DNA from: Eledone cirrhosa
Lineage: Eukaryota
Reading direction: 5' to 3'
Length of the DNA: 64,000 nt
Assembly (NCBI GenBank): GCA_964016885.1
Contig: OZ024741.1
Location: 347,696,001 to 347,760,000, forward strand
The notes under the pieces are model-generated. The model did no database searches. It saw nothing but the letters and a program-made list of their open reading frames with translations, and was not told the DNA's origin. Shown here one piece after another: positions 27,690 through 41,127 of this stretch; within the stretch, counting starts at the first letter, position 1; the number at the start of each line of letters is the position of its first letter. A program made the position numbers and the translations under genes.

Positions 27690-29772
27690 ACCTACCTGCC
27701 TATACCACCCTCTCTCCCTCACTCTCTCTCCCTCATTCTTTCTCTCTCTTTCAATGTTCCCCCATCCCCTCCACCCCACCCTCCTTCGCCTCGCCGAGCT
27801 GGTCCTCACCCTCAACTGTTTCTCCTTCTCGGATGAGTTTTACCAACAGCTCACGGGGATAGCCATGGGTACAAGAATGGGCCCAAACTATGCCAACCTT
27901 TTTGTTGGCCATGTTGAGGCCCAAATCTTTGCCCAGTACACCGGCCCCACGCCCGAACTGTACGGTCGTTACATCGACGACTGTATCGGAGCCACGACCC
28001 TCACCCGAGAAGAGCTCGACTCCTTTCTCTCCTTCTTCTGCTCCTTCCACTCCACCCTCTATCTTCATCACCTCTATCTCCACCACCTCTATCTCTACTT
28101 ACGTCGGGCGGACTGGACGTCGCCTGGCGGACAGATTTACTGAGCACCTCCGGGATATTCGTCTCGGTGGTAGTTCCCCCATCGCCCGCCACTTTGGTGC
28201 CCCTGGATATTCCGCACACCAACTCACAGTCTGTGGCCTACTCCAATGCCACAGAATACCCGCCAATCTCCTAAGGCTCGAATAACAAACCATCTTCACC
28301 CTACAGACCCTCACACCCCCGGCCTGAACTCCTCACCCTTATTCCTTTAGCCCCCCCCATCCCCACACATATCCCCCACTAACACCACTAACACACCCCT
28401 TCTTTTCACCGCCCACCCCACAACTAACAATACTAACACCTCCACCCCACATCCGACCACCCTTTCCCAACTAACATCCTAACATCCCTCCCTTCTTCCC
28501 CCCTCCTTATCACACGCACACACCCACCGGTACATATATACACGCGCTCACACTAAACACACACCCTACTACCACCACTAACCCTCACCCCACACATCCA
28601 CCCTACCACCCCGCAACTAACATCACTAACACCTCCCAACCCAACGCATACGAACTCACACACCCTCTTACACCACCCACTCTACACACCCTACCACCAC
28701 TGACCCCCACTCACGCCCGCATTCAACCCTTTCTCCACCTCCAGTATACTAACACCCACCAACACCCCCTTCACCATACACACACACCAGTACACTACAC
28801 TCCCTCCATCGGCCCCCACATCCTTCTCTACCCGCTCCACCCACAGCCTTTCTCAAACACTCACACATCCCACTAACACCTCTACTAATACCCACACCCC
28901 CTCCTGACTCCAACTTTCACACCTACCCCTCCTCTCCCCTGTCCACCGCACCTCCGCACACACGGACACAACCCTCCTCCTGCCTTGACCCTCTGACCAC
29001 ATCCTGTTGCGCGCGCACCCCACATCTCCCCTCTTCCGACCAATCTCTTCACGGATTACACGTATGTGAACCTTAATCCCGAGAATCCATCACATCCCAG
29101 GATTTTACTCAGCATTCCACCACATCTTTTTACGGAATTACCTTGACGACTCACCCCAGACATACACCCCCAAAAAATGTTTTTCCCACACGCCACCTAC
29201 ATCCACAACACGCATAAACACCACACACACACGTGCGTACCACCACATATTTACACATTCAGCCTCCGGAATCCTCTCCCGCCACCCCTCTATCCACACA
29301 CGCACACACACTCCGACATACACCCCACCCCACACACACCTCTTCCTGAACATGCAACCCAGTTCTTCCCCTAACCCTTGCTTTCACATTCACACTCACA
29401 CACACACGTACACCTACACACACACACCACCTTCAGCCCTCCCCGCTCGGACACCCCGTCTCCCTCTCCCCACTCCACCCGCCACCACCCCTACACGCCC
29501 CACACCCCACCACCTGTTTTACCCCATTTTAATTTTATTTTGATCATGCCTTTATTTTTAATTTCATTTGCACGGTTTCCACTCACCCCTTTTTGCTATG
29601 TCTCTCCACCACTCCCCTACACACCCTTTGAACTCTCTTCCCACACACTTTTCACCCGAAGAAGGGCTTATGCCCGAAACGTCGGTCCCCACCACTACCC
29701 CAGTCTCAAAAGCGTGAAATTAATAAACCTTTATTCGTACTGCCTCTCTGTTTTGTTCCCGTTCAATTTTTC

Positions 29773-29776
<4 letters not shown>
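27690..29776 (+). mobile_element. 5'-truncated, internally deleted PLE (Neptune/Naiad-like) with long C/A-rich 3' UTR
   Basis: RT motifs QQLTGIAMGTRMGPNYANLF...RYIDD; EN motifs YVGRTGRRLADRFTEHLRDI...ARHF; HHR-like motif near the end; terminates in (TA)n. Confidence 0.85.
29654..29686 (+). ncRNA. Minimal HHR variant at PLE 3' end
   Basis: CCGAAGA a gggc-ttat-gccc GAAA C GTC ggt; U4C change, weak stem I. Confidence 0.6.
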
Positions 29777-29846
<70 letters not shown>

Positions 29847-30119
29847 TTCTGATAGTGAAGGACACGCAACTGTTAGTTCCTGGTATAACAATGAAATGAT
29901 TTCTAATTCTTGCCGAAGCATAGACATTTTGGTGATGAGCTAGTTGATTATACCGACTCCAGTATGTGGCTTGTACCATATTTTGTCGAAACCAAGGGAA
30001 TGAAGTAGAGCATTAATTTAGTTGGATTTGATCACAGATCCTAGAAAAGTGTAACCAATTACTGCAAATCATTTTGTCCGACGTTTTAAAGATTCTTCCG
30101 ATCCAATCTATATGCAATG

Positions 30120-30300
30120 TCAATATCATCATCACTCGTCGACTACTGTGGAGATGATGGATCTCTCTCTCATGCACCAGAATTCCCCCATCGCTGCCCC
30201 CAGGTCCTGTCTACTGATTCCCGTATCCCTAGAGATAACGTCAGGGAATGACAGCTTCTTACTCCTAGTCAGGCTGGAGTCAGGGTTCCAGAGCAATATA
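30120..30300 (-). mobile_element. RTE-like LINE 3' end
   Basis: ILLWNP...DVISRDTGISRQDLGAAM...DE* followed by a (TGA)n-like tail; resembles RTE-clade ORF C-termini. Confidence 0.55.
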
Positions 30301-30378
30301 ATAACATGTAATATATAACGAAATATAAGAAATACTTCTATATTTTCATTTTGTTGGCACAATCTGTTAATATAACAC

Positions 30379-30427
<49 letters not shown>

Positions 30428-30428
30428 A

Positions 30429-30493
<65 letters not shown>

Positions 30494-30907
30494 GTATTTA
30501 TGAACGATTGGTTATTGATTAGGAAAAACCCTGCTGGTGGAGCCATATACGCCGATTGTTAATGATTGCATAATATATGCAGACACTAGATGTTGTGCAC
30601 TGTATTGCTGCATTAAGTGTGCCCGAAACGTTTGTGAGTGCCTGTATTCATCTCGAAGTTTGTCCTAAACTTTATTATTATGTTTTTAATGTAAAAACTG
30701 TTCTGTGCTCATGAGTCAATAACTGTTTATTTGACAGTAATTGATACGCTTAGGGATGACTTAAAATTGATATTGAACTCTCCATCTCAACATTAGAACA
30801 ACATTTTCCGAAGTTTGGATTATAATGTTTTTCACCTTTGTTGAGCGTAGGGAGCAAATATTTGTATATCGGTACCGCCGCATACGTATGTGACACATTA
30901 ACAAATA

Positions 30908-31096
30908 ATTGTTTCTACGTTTGGCACAAGGCCAGCAATTATCCAGTGCATTACTGGTACTTTATTTTATCGACCCCGTAAGGATGAAAGGCAAAGTTAA
31001 CCTCGGCGGGATTTGAATTCAGAATGGCAAAGGCCGTAACTGTATCCGTCAAAGCATGGCGTCCGACCCTCTACCGATACTGCCAATCCACCGCCC
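30908..31096 (-). mobile_element. tRNA-derived SINE
   Basis: Near-identical to 25124-25306; flanked by the direct repeat gacacattaacaaataat (30892 / 31122). Confidence 0.8.
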
Positions 31097-31521
31097 TATC
31101 CACAGACACCACCAATCCACCGACACATTAACAAATAATATTTCTTACAATTGCTCCCGTAGACACATCAATCAAACATATACGTAGAAAGATATTTTTT
31201 AGTCTTTAAATATGAATTGCAAAAGCAATACAGTTAGTATCGTTGTGCCCTTGTGACAATTTTACCTTTCTCCAAAAATACCCATCTCAATGAATCCCTC
31301 TCAGTTTTACTATAGTTATTTGAGGATAGCAATTATATTTACATGTCATCGGTGCGGTTTAATTCAGTAATGCAGTAAAACTTTCAGTTGTACATTCACA
31401 ATTCATTTCTGGCAATTTAACCACATTCAATGAGGACATTTTTATTTTCCAACCAAACATTATTTATTATTTTCTTTGCGCGCACACACGCACACACACA
31501 CACACCCACACGCACACACAT

Positions 31522-31554
<33 letters not shown>

Positions 31555-31717
31555 GTAATAATAATAAATTTGAAGACTAAAATCCAAAGAGGGCTCGATA
31601 AGGGTAAATATATATCAAATATATAAGAACCGTAGAGCAAATAGAGTTTCAGAAGATCCCGTTAAGAGTGAAAGCAGCGATTTCTTTGCTTAAACTAACT
31701 TTAATCTGTTATTTAAA

Positions 31718-31764
<47 letters not shown>

Positions 31765-31863
31765 TCATCCGTTCCCACTATAATCACACACATGTTGAAG
31801 AATCCTTCGGGTGAAACACGTTTCCTAAAGTATGATTTTGGTAATTTGTTGTAGAACTAACTA

Positions 31864-32006
<143 letters not shown>

Positions 32007-32644
32007 GTGTGTGTGTATGTGTGTGTGTGTGTGTGTGTGTATGGATGTGTGTGAGTGTGTGTCTGTATGTGTCTGTGTGTATGTGTGTGTTTGAGTATGT
32101 GAGATTGTGTGCTTTCTCGCGAGATCGGAATGATATACATTATATTTGCGTGTTAACATTTATATAAAAATTACTTAGAAATTATATCTTATCCGAAAAT
32201 AAATATGTCAATATGTCTTGCTTGATTTGAATTTAATAGCCAATCCTTCATGTTTAATGCTCAAATGCTCTCGTAAATTGTTTCGTAGAAAAAATTTACG
32301 TTATCACTTACTACAATATTTTGAAAGAAAATTTGGCTATTTTCCATTTTTAATTTCTAATTGGTTAGATACAATATTGCTTATCCTATCGAAAGGACGT
32401 GGACATATGTTTATTACCACGGATATATATTTGTTGTCTAATTTTAATTCTTTTATAATTTGTTCACATGTGTGGAGTATCAAGTTATCTATATTAAATC
32501 GAAATTTAGGACGAGATTGAGTAAGAGAGTCATTATACTCATCGCACTAAGACACCTATTATCTGAAACAGTGCAAGAGTATAAAGGAAGCAATGACGGG
32601 AATGTTCTGGTCGATATGTTGCTCTGAGTATTCTGAACAAATAT

Positions 32645-33070
32645 TGATTTCTAGTATAGGCACAAGGCCTGTCATTATGGTGAAGAGAAACTCGATTAAA
32701 TCAACCCAGTACGTTACTGGTGTTTATTTTACCGACCCCGTAAGGATGAAAGGCAAAGTTAACCGTGGCAGGATTTGAACTCAGACCGTATGCTGAAAAG
32801 TATTGTCTCCAACTCTCTACCGATACTGCCAATCTATCACCTTATTCTGAACAAATATTGGTTTCTTATATAGGCACAAGGCCAGCAATTTTTGGAGGGG
32901 AAAGTTGATTAAATCGACACCAGTACGTTACTGGTGCATATTTTACCAACCCCCTAAGGATGAAAGGCAAAGTTAACCGTGGCAGGATTTGAACCTAGAC
33001 CGTAAAGGACCGTAACTCTATGCTGCAAAGCATGGTGTCCGACTCTCTACCGATACTATCAATCCACCCT
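32645..33070 (-). mobile_element. Two tandem tRNA-derived SINE copies
   Basis: 32645-32842 and 32858-33070 each contain ggcacaaggcc...aaggatgaaaggcaaagtt...ggatttgaac. Confidence 0.8.
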
Positions 33071-34569
33071 ATTCTGGACAAATTTTAAAATGGAACTTAT
33101 GCAGAACTCCATTGATTATTTTTTTGTACACGCAGACATAAAAACACGAACACGCACACATACGCATATGCTCACACGCACAAACAGAGTTAAAAATTCG
33201 TCTTTGTCAATGAGCCTACCAACCACAATACTTAGCATTGCTGCTTGTGTGCCATTCGAGAATGGATTGCTGTTAAAATAACACCGTATTGATTAGTCTT
33301 CACTGAATCTAATCTATTCACTCTCATCTGATTGTGTTTTCAATCAAAACCAAATTCTAGTTAGATCCAATAATGCTGTATTCTATTCTTTGAAGTCAAC
33401 TGTTATAATTTCTTTCTACATCACCACCAGCTCTCTCACCCCCTCTCTCCATCTTTCCCTCACTCTTCCATTTTCCTTCTCTATTTCCTTTACTCTCTCT
33501 CTCTATATATATCTCTCTTTCAATCTACTCTCTCACAAAAACGAACATCTTCTCTTTATTTATGACGGTACCCGGAAAAACACCGTATCTCGGGAGCACT
33601 TGCTCCGATTTACGTGTAACTTGATTTTTTCCATTCGTTTTCCCATTTAAAGGGTAACATCCTCTTAAAGTATTGTCCCGTTTTGGCTGTATTGATTTAC
33701 AGATAAACGCGCAATCACAGAGTTTTAGTAGTATATAGATCGCTGAGAAAATCTGGTAACATACATCGGATTGGAAAAAGTTTGCGCAGGCATTTTTATA
33801 GTCATTTGCTTCGGAACGTTGACATTTCTTATTCCAAAATTGGACAATGCTCGTAATCAACTGTTCAGGTCATCATCTCACACACACATGCAACACGTAC
33901 GTATGTGTGGGTGTGTTTTTGTGAGTGTATATGATTTGTTGTCCTTCAATTCTCACCAATTCTCCTTCTTCCTGTTTTCCTAGTCATTTCTCCACCGCAT
34001 GGAGTATGTTGATGGATGTGTACGTATAGATACATCACATTTATGCTACCTCTTACACACCCTCGCACGTCAAAGATTAGGCACAACAGCTAATTCTGTT
34101 AAACTGCTCACCCGGGTTATCACATACACCTCGGCAAATTTGAATTAGAGTACGTCTGTTCATAAAAAACGCAAATTGGATAATTTTATTCGTATGGTAC
34201 AAAAAGAGTTATATTTAATTTTCTTTATTTTCACCTATTACGGTACTAAATATTTGGTGGGTTGTTATTTAAATTGCAGCGTATGATCGTTAAAACAACA
34301 CTGAAATGATTCTTTTTTATTTTCAATACACAATTCCTTATAAGCCACGATTAAAGCAATATTTTAAATTTAAATGCCATGATTATCACGGAAAGAGAAC
34401 ACACACATTGGATGATAAGCTGTATTTAATATTTCATATTATCAAAAACTATAAAATTAGTTATATATTATTTGCGCTAATATTCTTCTCTATTTTTCTC
34501 TCTCTTAATCACTCTATCAGTATCTGTATATCTATAATCACACACACGCGCACGCACATATAATTATAA

Positions 34570-34665
<96 letters not shown>

Positions 34666-34741
34666 CTTAGTATGGCACTTACTTAAATGTAAGTATGCAT
34701 GTATACGTACATACATATATGTATACAGACGTACAGTAGCA

Positions 34742-34783
<42 letters not shown>

Positions 34784-35089
34784 TACATACATATGCATAC
34801 AGGTACACATACATATATGCACGTATCAGTTTAGCGGCGCTTATTGTAACGTCGCTTTGTTCGTTTGTAAACAAACTGAACAGCCTGAATTTATGCCATA
34901 CGGTGTTAAGGCAACCACGTCACCTTTTTGTTCAACACTGACACAGGAATATGTACCAGTTTCAATGTACCGTATGGCATAAATTCAGGCTGTTCAGTTT
35001 GTTTACAAACGAACAAAGCGACGTTACAATAAGCGCCGCTAAACTGATACGTGCATATATGTATGTGTACCTGTATGCATATGTATGTA

Positions 35090-35165
<76 letters not shown>

Positions 35166-35402
35166 TGCTACTGTACGTCTGTATACATATATGTATCTAC
35201 GTATACATGCATACTTACATTTAAGTAAGTGCCATACTAAGAGTGAGAAATGAAATTTCGTTTTCATTTTGTTTCAACTTATCGTTTTCGGTATGCCTGA
35301 CCGATTTAACTCACTCAATATGCAGGTTAGGCTGCTCAGCCGTTAATTTTCATAAGGAAAGTATATGCTTTCGAACGTTCAACTATCTGGCAGATGGGTA
35401 AA

Positions 35403-35443
35403 CGGTGCTGATGGTGGCTAACAAGCTTGAAACTAGTACATCG
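35403..35443 (+). ncRNA. Minimal HHR (A9G variant)
   Basis: cggtg CTGATGG tggct-aaca-agctt GAAA CTAG TA catcg. Confidence 0.7.
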
Positions 35444-35870
35444 TTCCTGTGTCAGTGTTGAACAAAAAGGTGACGTGGTTGCCTTAACACCGTATGGCAT
35501 AAATTCAGGCTGTTCAGTTTGTTTACAAACGAACAAAGCGACGTTACAATAAGCGCCGCTAAACTGATACGTGCATATATGTATGTGTACCTGTATGCAT
35601 ATGTATGTATATATGTATATATATATATATGCATGCTACTGTACGTCTGTATACATATATGTATGTACGTATACATGCATACTTACATTTAAGTAAGTGT
35701 CATACTAAGAGTGAGAAATGAAATTTCGTTTTCATTTTGTTTCAACTTATCGTTTTCGGTATGCCTGACCGATTTAACTCACTCAATATGCAGGTTAGGC
35801 TGCTCAGCCGTTAATTTTCATAAGGAAAGTATATGCTTTCGAACGTTCAACTATCTGGCAGATGGGTAAA

Positions 35871-35911
35871 CGGTGCTGATGGTGGCTAACAAGCTTGAAA
35901 CTAGTACATCG
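35871..35911 (+). ncRNA. Minimal HHR (second unit)
   Basis: Identical to 35403-35443. Confidence 0.7.
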
Positions 35912-36151
35912 TTCCTGTGTCAGTGTTGAACAAAAAGGTGACGTGGTTGCCTTAACACCGTATGGCATAAATTCAGGCTGTTCAGTTTGTTTACAAACGA
36001 ACAAAGCGACGTTACAATAAGCGCCGCTAAACTGATACGTGCATATATGTATGTGTACCTGTATGCATATGTATGTATATATGTATATATATATATATGC
36101 ATGCTACTGTACGTCTGTATACATATATGTATGTACGTATACATGCATACT

Positions 36152-36195
<44 letters not shown>

Positions 36196-36949
36196 AAATG
36201 AAACAAGACACAACACAAAGAACAAAATTACACAGTTATATTAGGATCACCTATATACATACGTATATATGTATGCGTATGAATATATGTGTATATCTGT
36301 TTGTGTCTGTGTGTGTATATTTCCATGTGTGATGATGCATGATGTTCTTTCACACAATATATATTAACTTTTGAACATTTATGTTAAACTTAACTGGAAA
36401 TTAACTGATCCGAGAAGAAAAAGATCAATATTCTTTGCTTGATTTAAATTTAATAGCAAATCCTTATTTTATGTTCAAATCGTTTAGTATGAAGTTTCGG
36501 GAAAAGCAGCTTACATCAAAGCAATCTACAACATTTCGAATTATAATTGCCTATTTTTCAATGCAATGCCTAATGTGGTGGATATATAATATTTGTTTAT
36601 AATGGGTAAATGTGTATCTAATATGTATTAGTATAGAGTGTATAAAATATTTCAAAGGGAGGAGGTAATTTGAAATCATTTCGCTGCTAATAGGCAGAGC
36701 AGCCAAAACGATCCAACCTATGTTAAGTTCCACAAAATGTTTATCAAACTCGAACTCACCTTAAACTATCATTATAGAAGTGTAGATATGAATCGAACCG
36801 TAACTTCTGAACAGGGAACTATATTGATATGCAACTTTTCTCTGGCATTTTTAAAACCTCTTCAGCGCATCAACTATTTAGTTCTAAACAAAGCAGATTT
36901 CTTTCAGAGATAAGTAGAGAATGAGAGAACGGAAATGAGGAAGATATAT

Positions 36950-37112
36950 GAAAGAAATATTGACCCCAGAACTAGACTGCTTCTTTTTTAACTTGCTCGA
37001 AAGGACGAAAGGCAAAGTTGACTTCGGCAGGGTATGAATTCTGAGAACAGAGCGGGACATATACTGCAAATCGTTCTATGCGAAGTCCTGACAACTCTTA
37101 CAATTCGTCGCC
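36950..37112 (-). mobile_element. Degenerate SINE
   Basis: aaggacgaaaggcaaagttgacttcggcagggtatgaattc. Confidence 0.5.
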
Positions 37113-37539
37113 TTTAAGTATATGGATAAATGTCTCATTAAAACAGATAAAACATTCACCTGAATCCTAAAGACATACTGGCTCAAGAAAATAATTATTG
37201 GAAATTCAGAAAAAAAAGTATATCTCAGAAAAAAAGGTATATCTCACGAATTCCCACAAGCAGAATCGCGAAGATACTTTATAGGCCAATCAAGTGCAAT
37301 AGAAGGTAACATCGAAAGTCCTGCTGCAATTACAGAAATCCTGGGAAGCTAGCTACGAGAATAAACGAAAATAACACATATGGGAATGAAGACGCTGACG
37401 GTGTCAAACAGAACACATTCTCAGCGGAACCTTAGCATATTTAGAGGCCGATAATAGCAAAATGAATTTCAGCTTTCCTCACAACAAGGATTTAATAGAA
37501 TCTCTGTGTATATTTTGTGGTTTGTATGAAAAAAGCACA

Positions 37540-37910
37540 GACAGAATTATATCATAGTGCCTGATACTTGCAGTGCTTGAATACATCAACAGGCATACAA
37601 ATGCAGCAAATTTCCAACAATGTGAGAATTAAAAACGATTTGGGACTGTTATGAGATCAACGTCATCCCGATTGACATAGGAGCACTAGGTACTATCTGG
37701 AATAGTTGTCAAGGATGGTTAAAGGGCATTAGTCCGGCCCTGTTTTTTGGAACACTTCAAAAGGTATGCTTGCTGGGAACGGCAAGAACCCTCCGATACG
37801 TCCTGAATATGTGAGGCTGCAGGTAGCGATTTGAGGTTCATTTGAACAAACTTTGCAGTTAAATAACACCAATGCCTGAGACTAAAAAAAAAATAATAAT
37901 AATAATACTA
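37540..37910 (+). mobile_element. R4/Dong-like (RLE) LINE 3' end
   Basis: NVIPIDIGALGTI...LQKVCLLGTARTLRYVLNM* (stop at 37812-14), a short 3' UTR, then (TAA)n at ~37893. Confidence 0.65.
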
Positions 37911-39146
37911 AAAATATTAATAAGGATTATGATGATATCTCTGATGATGATCGGGAGGAAGAACATAATGCTGATGATAATGGGGATATCGCTAATGACG
38001 AAGTCGTGGATGAAAACGATGATTATGATACGTCTTAAATTGATTCAGGATCTCAAATTTGTGTGGATGAACTTGATTTCGTTACATCAGCTGCCGTATT
38101 TCACATGTAATTTGCTGTCGATTAAGGAATAATGAAAGACACAGTCTACATTCATGAAATTTCATCAAGAATGAGAGTCATCGTATTTTTTCATTGTCTA
38201 TCATTATACTACACTCTAAACATACTTCTATTATTTATGTTCAAGAGTTTGAAGTCCAATATCATCATGCTACTGAAGTCCAATATCATCATGCATAGCT
38301 ATACTAATATTCGTATTTAGTGAATTAAAAATGTTATATTTAAATATGTCAATCACACATATTCCAGTCCAAGTTAAGTATAGCCACATCTGGCATTCTG
38401 AATATAGGTGTATTAAGATATGTAAATATTTACAGTCATTTACAGTCATTTCTAACCTAGGTAATATTTCGTACATTTTTCCAGAGAACATTGGCCAATA
38501 TAAAATTGTGTAGAGTTCACCCAGTTGATATGTAAATAAAACAAAACTTTGTTATATTTTTAAAGTGCGAGCTAGAAAGGTCTGCTCAATATGGTCACAT
38601 TTTCATAATGCGCATTACATATAGAATATCTTACAATATAAATGAAATAAAAGTAAATCTCCCATTATTGAACGGATACGATTTGATATCAAAAACATAT
38701 TGCGAAAAGTATTTGAAATTTGCAAGATTTTAAAATGTTGCTTCTGCTCTATCACCGATAATCAAATTAAGGTAAGAAGAAATTATCAAACTAAAAGTCA
38801 CATCTGGAAATCTCTAATTTATTTGCTATATTGGTGTATCTGAAAACAAAACAACAATATATATAATAATTAAGTCAGAAAACAAAGCGAAAAAATAAAG
38901 AGGTATCACAGAAAAATCAATGCAAAAGAAAAAACGACATAGAAGAATAATGAAAAATAGAAAAGATATGTTCCAACAAAAATTCATTGTAGAAACTACA
39001 TTACATATACTCATACTGTCACAAATCTTATCTCTACATTAGAAACGAAGAGTAAAAATAATAAACACGAGGGACGAATCTAATCACCAGATTGATAATA
39101 CTAGGTTTCTTAGAAGCAATAATGTTACAAAGATAAATACATATAA

Positions 39147-39185
<39 letters not shown>

Positions 39186-39212
39186 TATATATGCATATGT
39201 GTGTGTATGTGC

Positions 39213-39265
<53 letters not shown>

Positions 39266-39407
39266 TATACATATGTATATATACATATGTATATATACAT
39301 ATATGTATACATATGTATTTATATGTATATATACATATATGTATACATATGTATATATGTATATATACATATGTATATATGCATATGTATATATACATAT
39401 ATATATG

Positions 39408-39506
<99 letters not shown>

Positions 39507-39946
39507 AGAAGAAGAAGAAATTGATAGAAAATTTGAAATCAATACGAAATTATAGAAGTAAGAGGTATATATAAACATTCTGTAAATGAGAAAAATAGCA
39601 AACGATAGAGAGCATTATCCTTCCTGATTAATTCAATATAAGAGTCTCGAATTAATCAGTAAAAAAACATGGGTCCGAAAAATCAGGGACAGAGACAAAG
39701 AGGACGCTTGACCAACTAGTTGCTTTCACCTCGGCCAGCCGCCCTCAAACTCGCCTATGTCCAGCCTCCTGTTATTTTATTTAATTTATATATATATATA
39801 TATAAACATACGTACATATATATATATATATATTCATACATACTTACATGCGTATATGCATACATGCGTATATGCATACATGCGTATATGCATACATGCG
39901 TACATACATACATATATGTATGTATATATATATATATATATATATA

Positions 39947-40058
39947 GGAACCAGTAAGACCCCGACAGTTGAGCTCAAGCCGTTTCGACGGCTAATTCTG
40001 GACTAAATGAAAATTTATCCTGGTATTTAAATAGCCGATCTTCTCAAGGGGTAATTCC
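39947..40058 (-). ncRNA. Type I HHR, U3-A8 variant
   Basis: Mirror of 45533-45644 with one stem III mismatch. Confidence 0.75.
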
Positions 40059-41127
40059 ATATATGGTCAAAGTGATTGTAAAAAATCAGTAGTAATTCTG
40101 TGGTTGCAAATTAGTAGGGGAGATGGTGGCTAAACCTGCCAGTAGGAGAAAGAGGGGAGGGGGTGGAGTAGACCCAATCAAGCGTTGGTAGTGACAGCTA
40201 CAGCTGGGCATGAGGTCAAAGAAGATACAGGGGAGGGGGAGGGGGAGGAAGTCGGAACGGTAGGTAGAACAATGGGGGGTAGAAATAGGAAAGAAAAAAT
40301 AGTGAGAGTGAAGAAAAGCAAATAAGTGTAAAGAAAAAAGTAAAGTAAATTAAAATCAACGACCTAGGTGTCAGGCTATTGTTAGGCGAGAATAAAATAA
40401 AGAAAGAAAGAAAGAAGTAAATAAATAAATAAATAAGTAAGAGAACTAGGTGGGACGGATAAAGCAAGGACCCTTTTAAGAGGTATAAGTACGTAAATGA
40501 TACGGTGACGGGTCAACAAAAGGGGCCAAAATACTAAAGAGACTACCACGAAATAAACAATAAAGGTTTCCATCCCGGGCCAGCAACGACCCAGTGCAGC
40601 AAAGTGAACTTGTACGAGATAATAATTCTGAGTCCCGAGAAAAATATATACTAATGCTAACTCTAAAAGATCTAAAACAAGCTACATGAAAGTTCGTACG
40701 AAATAAAGGTAGAATACGGAGAAATAAATTCAGAATCCACCCCTCCCAGAAGAAAAGCGAAGCAAGAAATACTGAAACGAAAAAATAAGGCATAAGTGCC
40801 ACTATGAAATATAGAGGGCACAGAGAATAGTGGGAGCGGTCGGAAAAAGGGGGAAAGTATCCGGGGTCTAAGCCAACTGCTATAAAGGGCGGAGTCCGCC
40901 AAATCTATCAAAGACTAGGGGAGGGGGGGGGGTACTAAGGCTACATGGGGCCAAAGGGCAGCCTCGGGTGGGCGAGAAAAGACGCCGACAAAGGAGAAGA
41001 GCTGGGGTAGAAGGACAAAGGAGAGAGGGGTGAAGGAAATAAAGGAAGCGATAAAAGAATACAAAGAAGATCTTACGTCTTCCTTGGCAAGCAGGGGTTA
41101 CCCATTGCAAAATCGGCAACTGGGGTG

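Larger units (their letters stand above)
34667..36155. repeat. HHR-containing 468-bp tandem array with inverted partial arm (retrozyme-like)
   Basis: ~2.5 near-identical units at 34969-36155 (period 468); inverted arm at 34667-34966; (TA)n flanks. Confidence 0.85.

Noticed and set aside
30575-30645. gcac...gtgccc GAAA cgtt, a possible HHR
   Set aside because: The CUGANGA core is not recognisable; too degenerate to call.
34969-36155. CRISPR array or tandem gene
   Set aside because: Whole 468-bp units repeat with no unique spacers; eukaryotic context; no cas genes.
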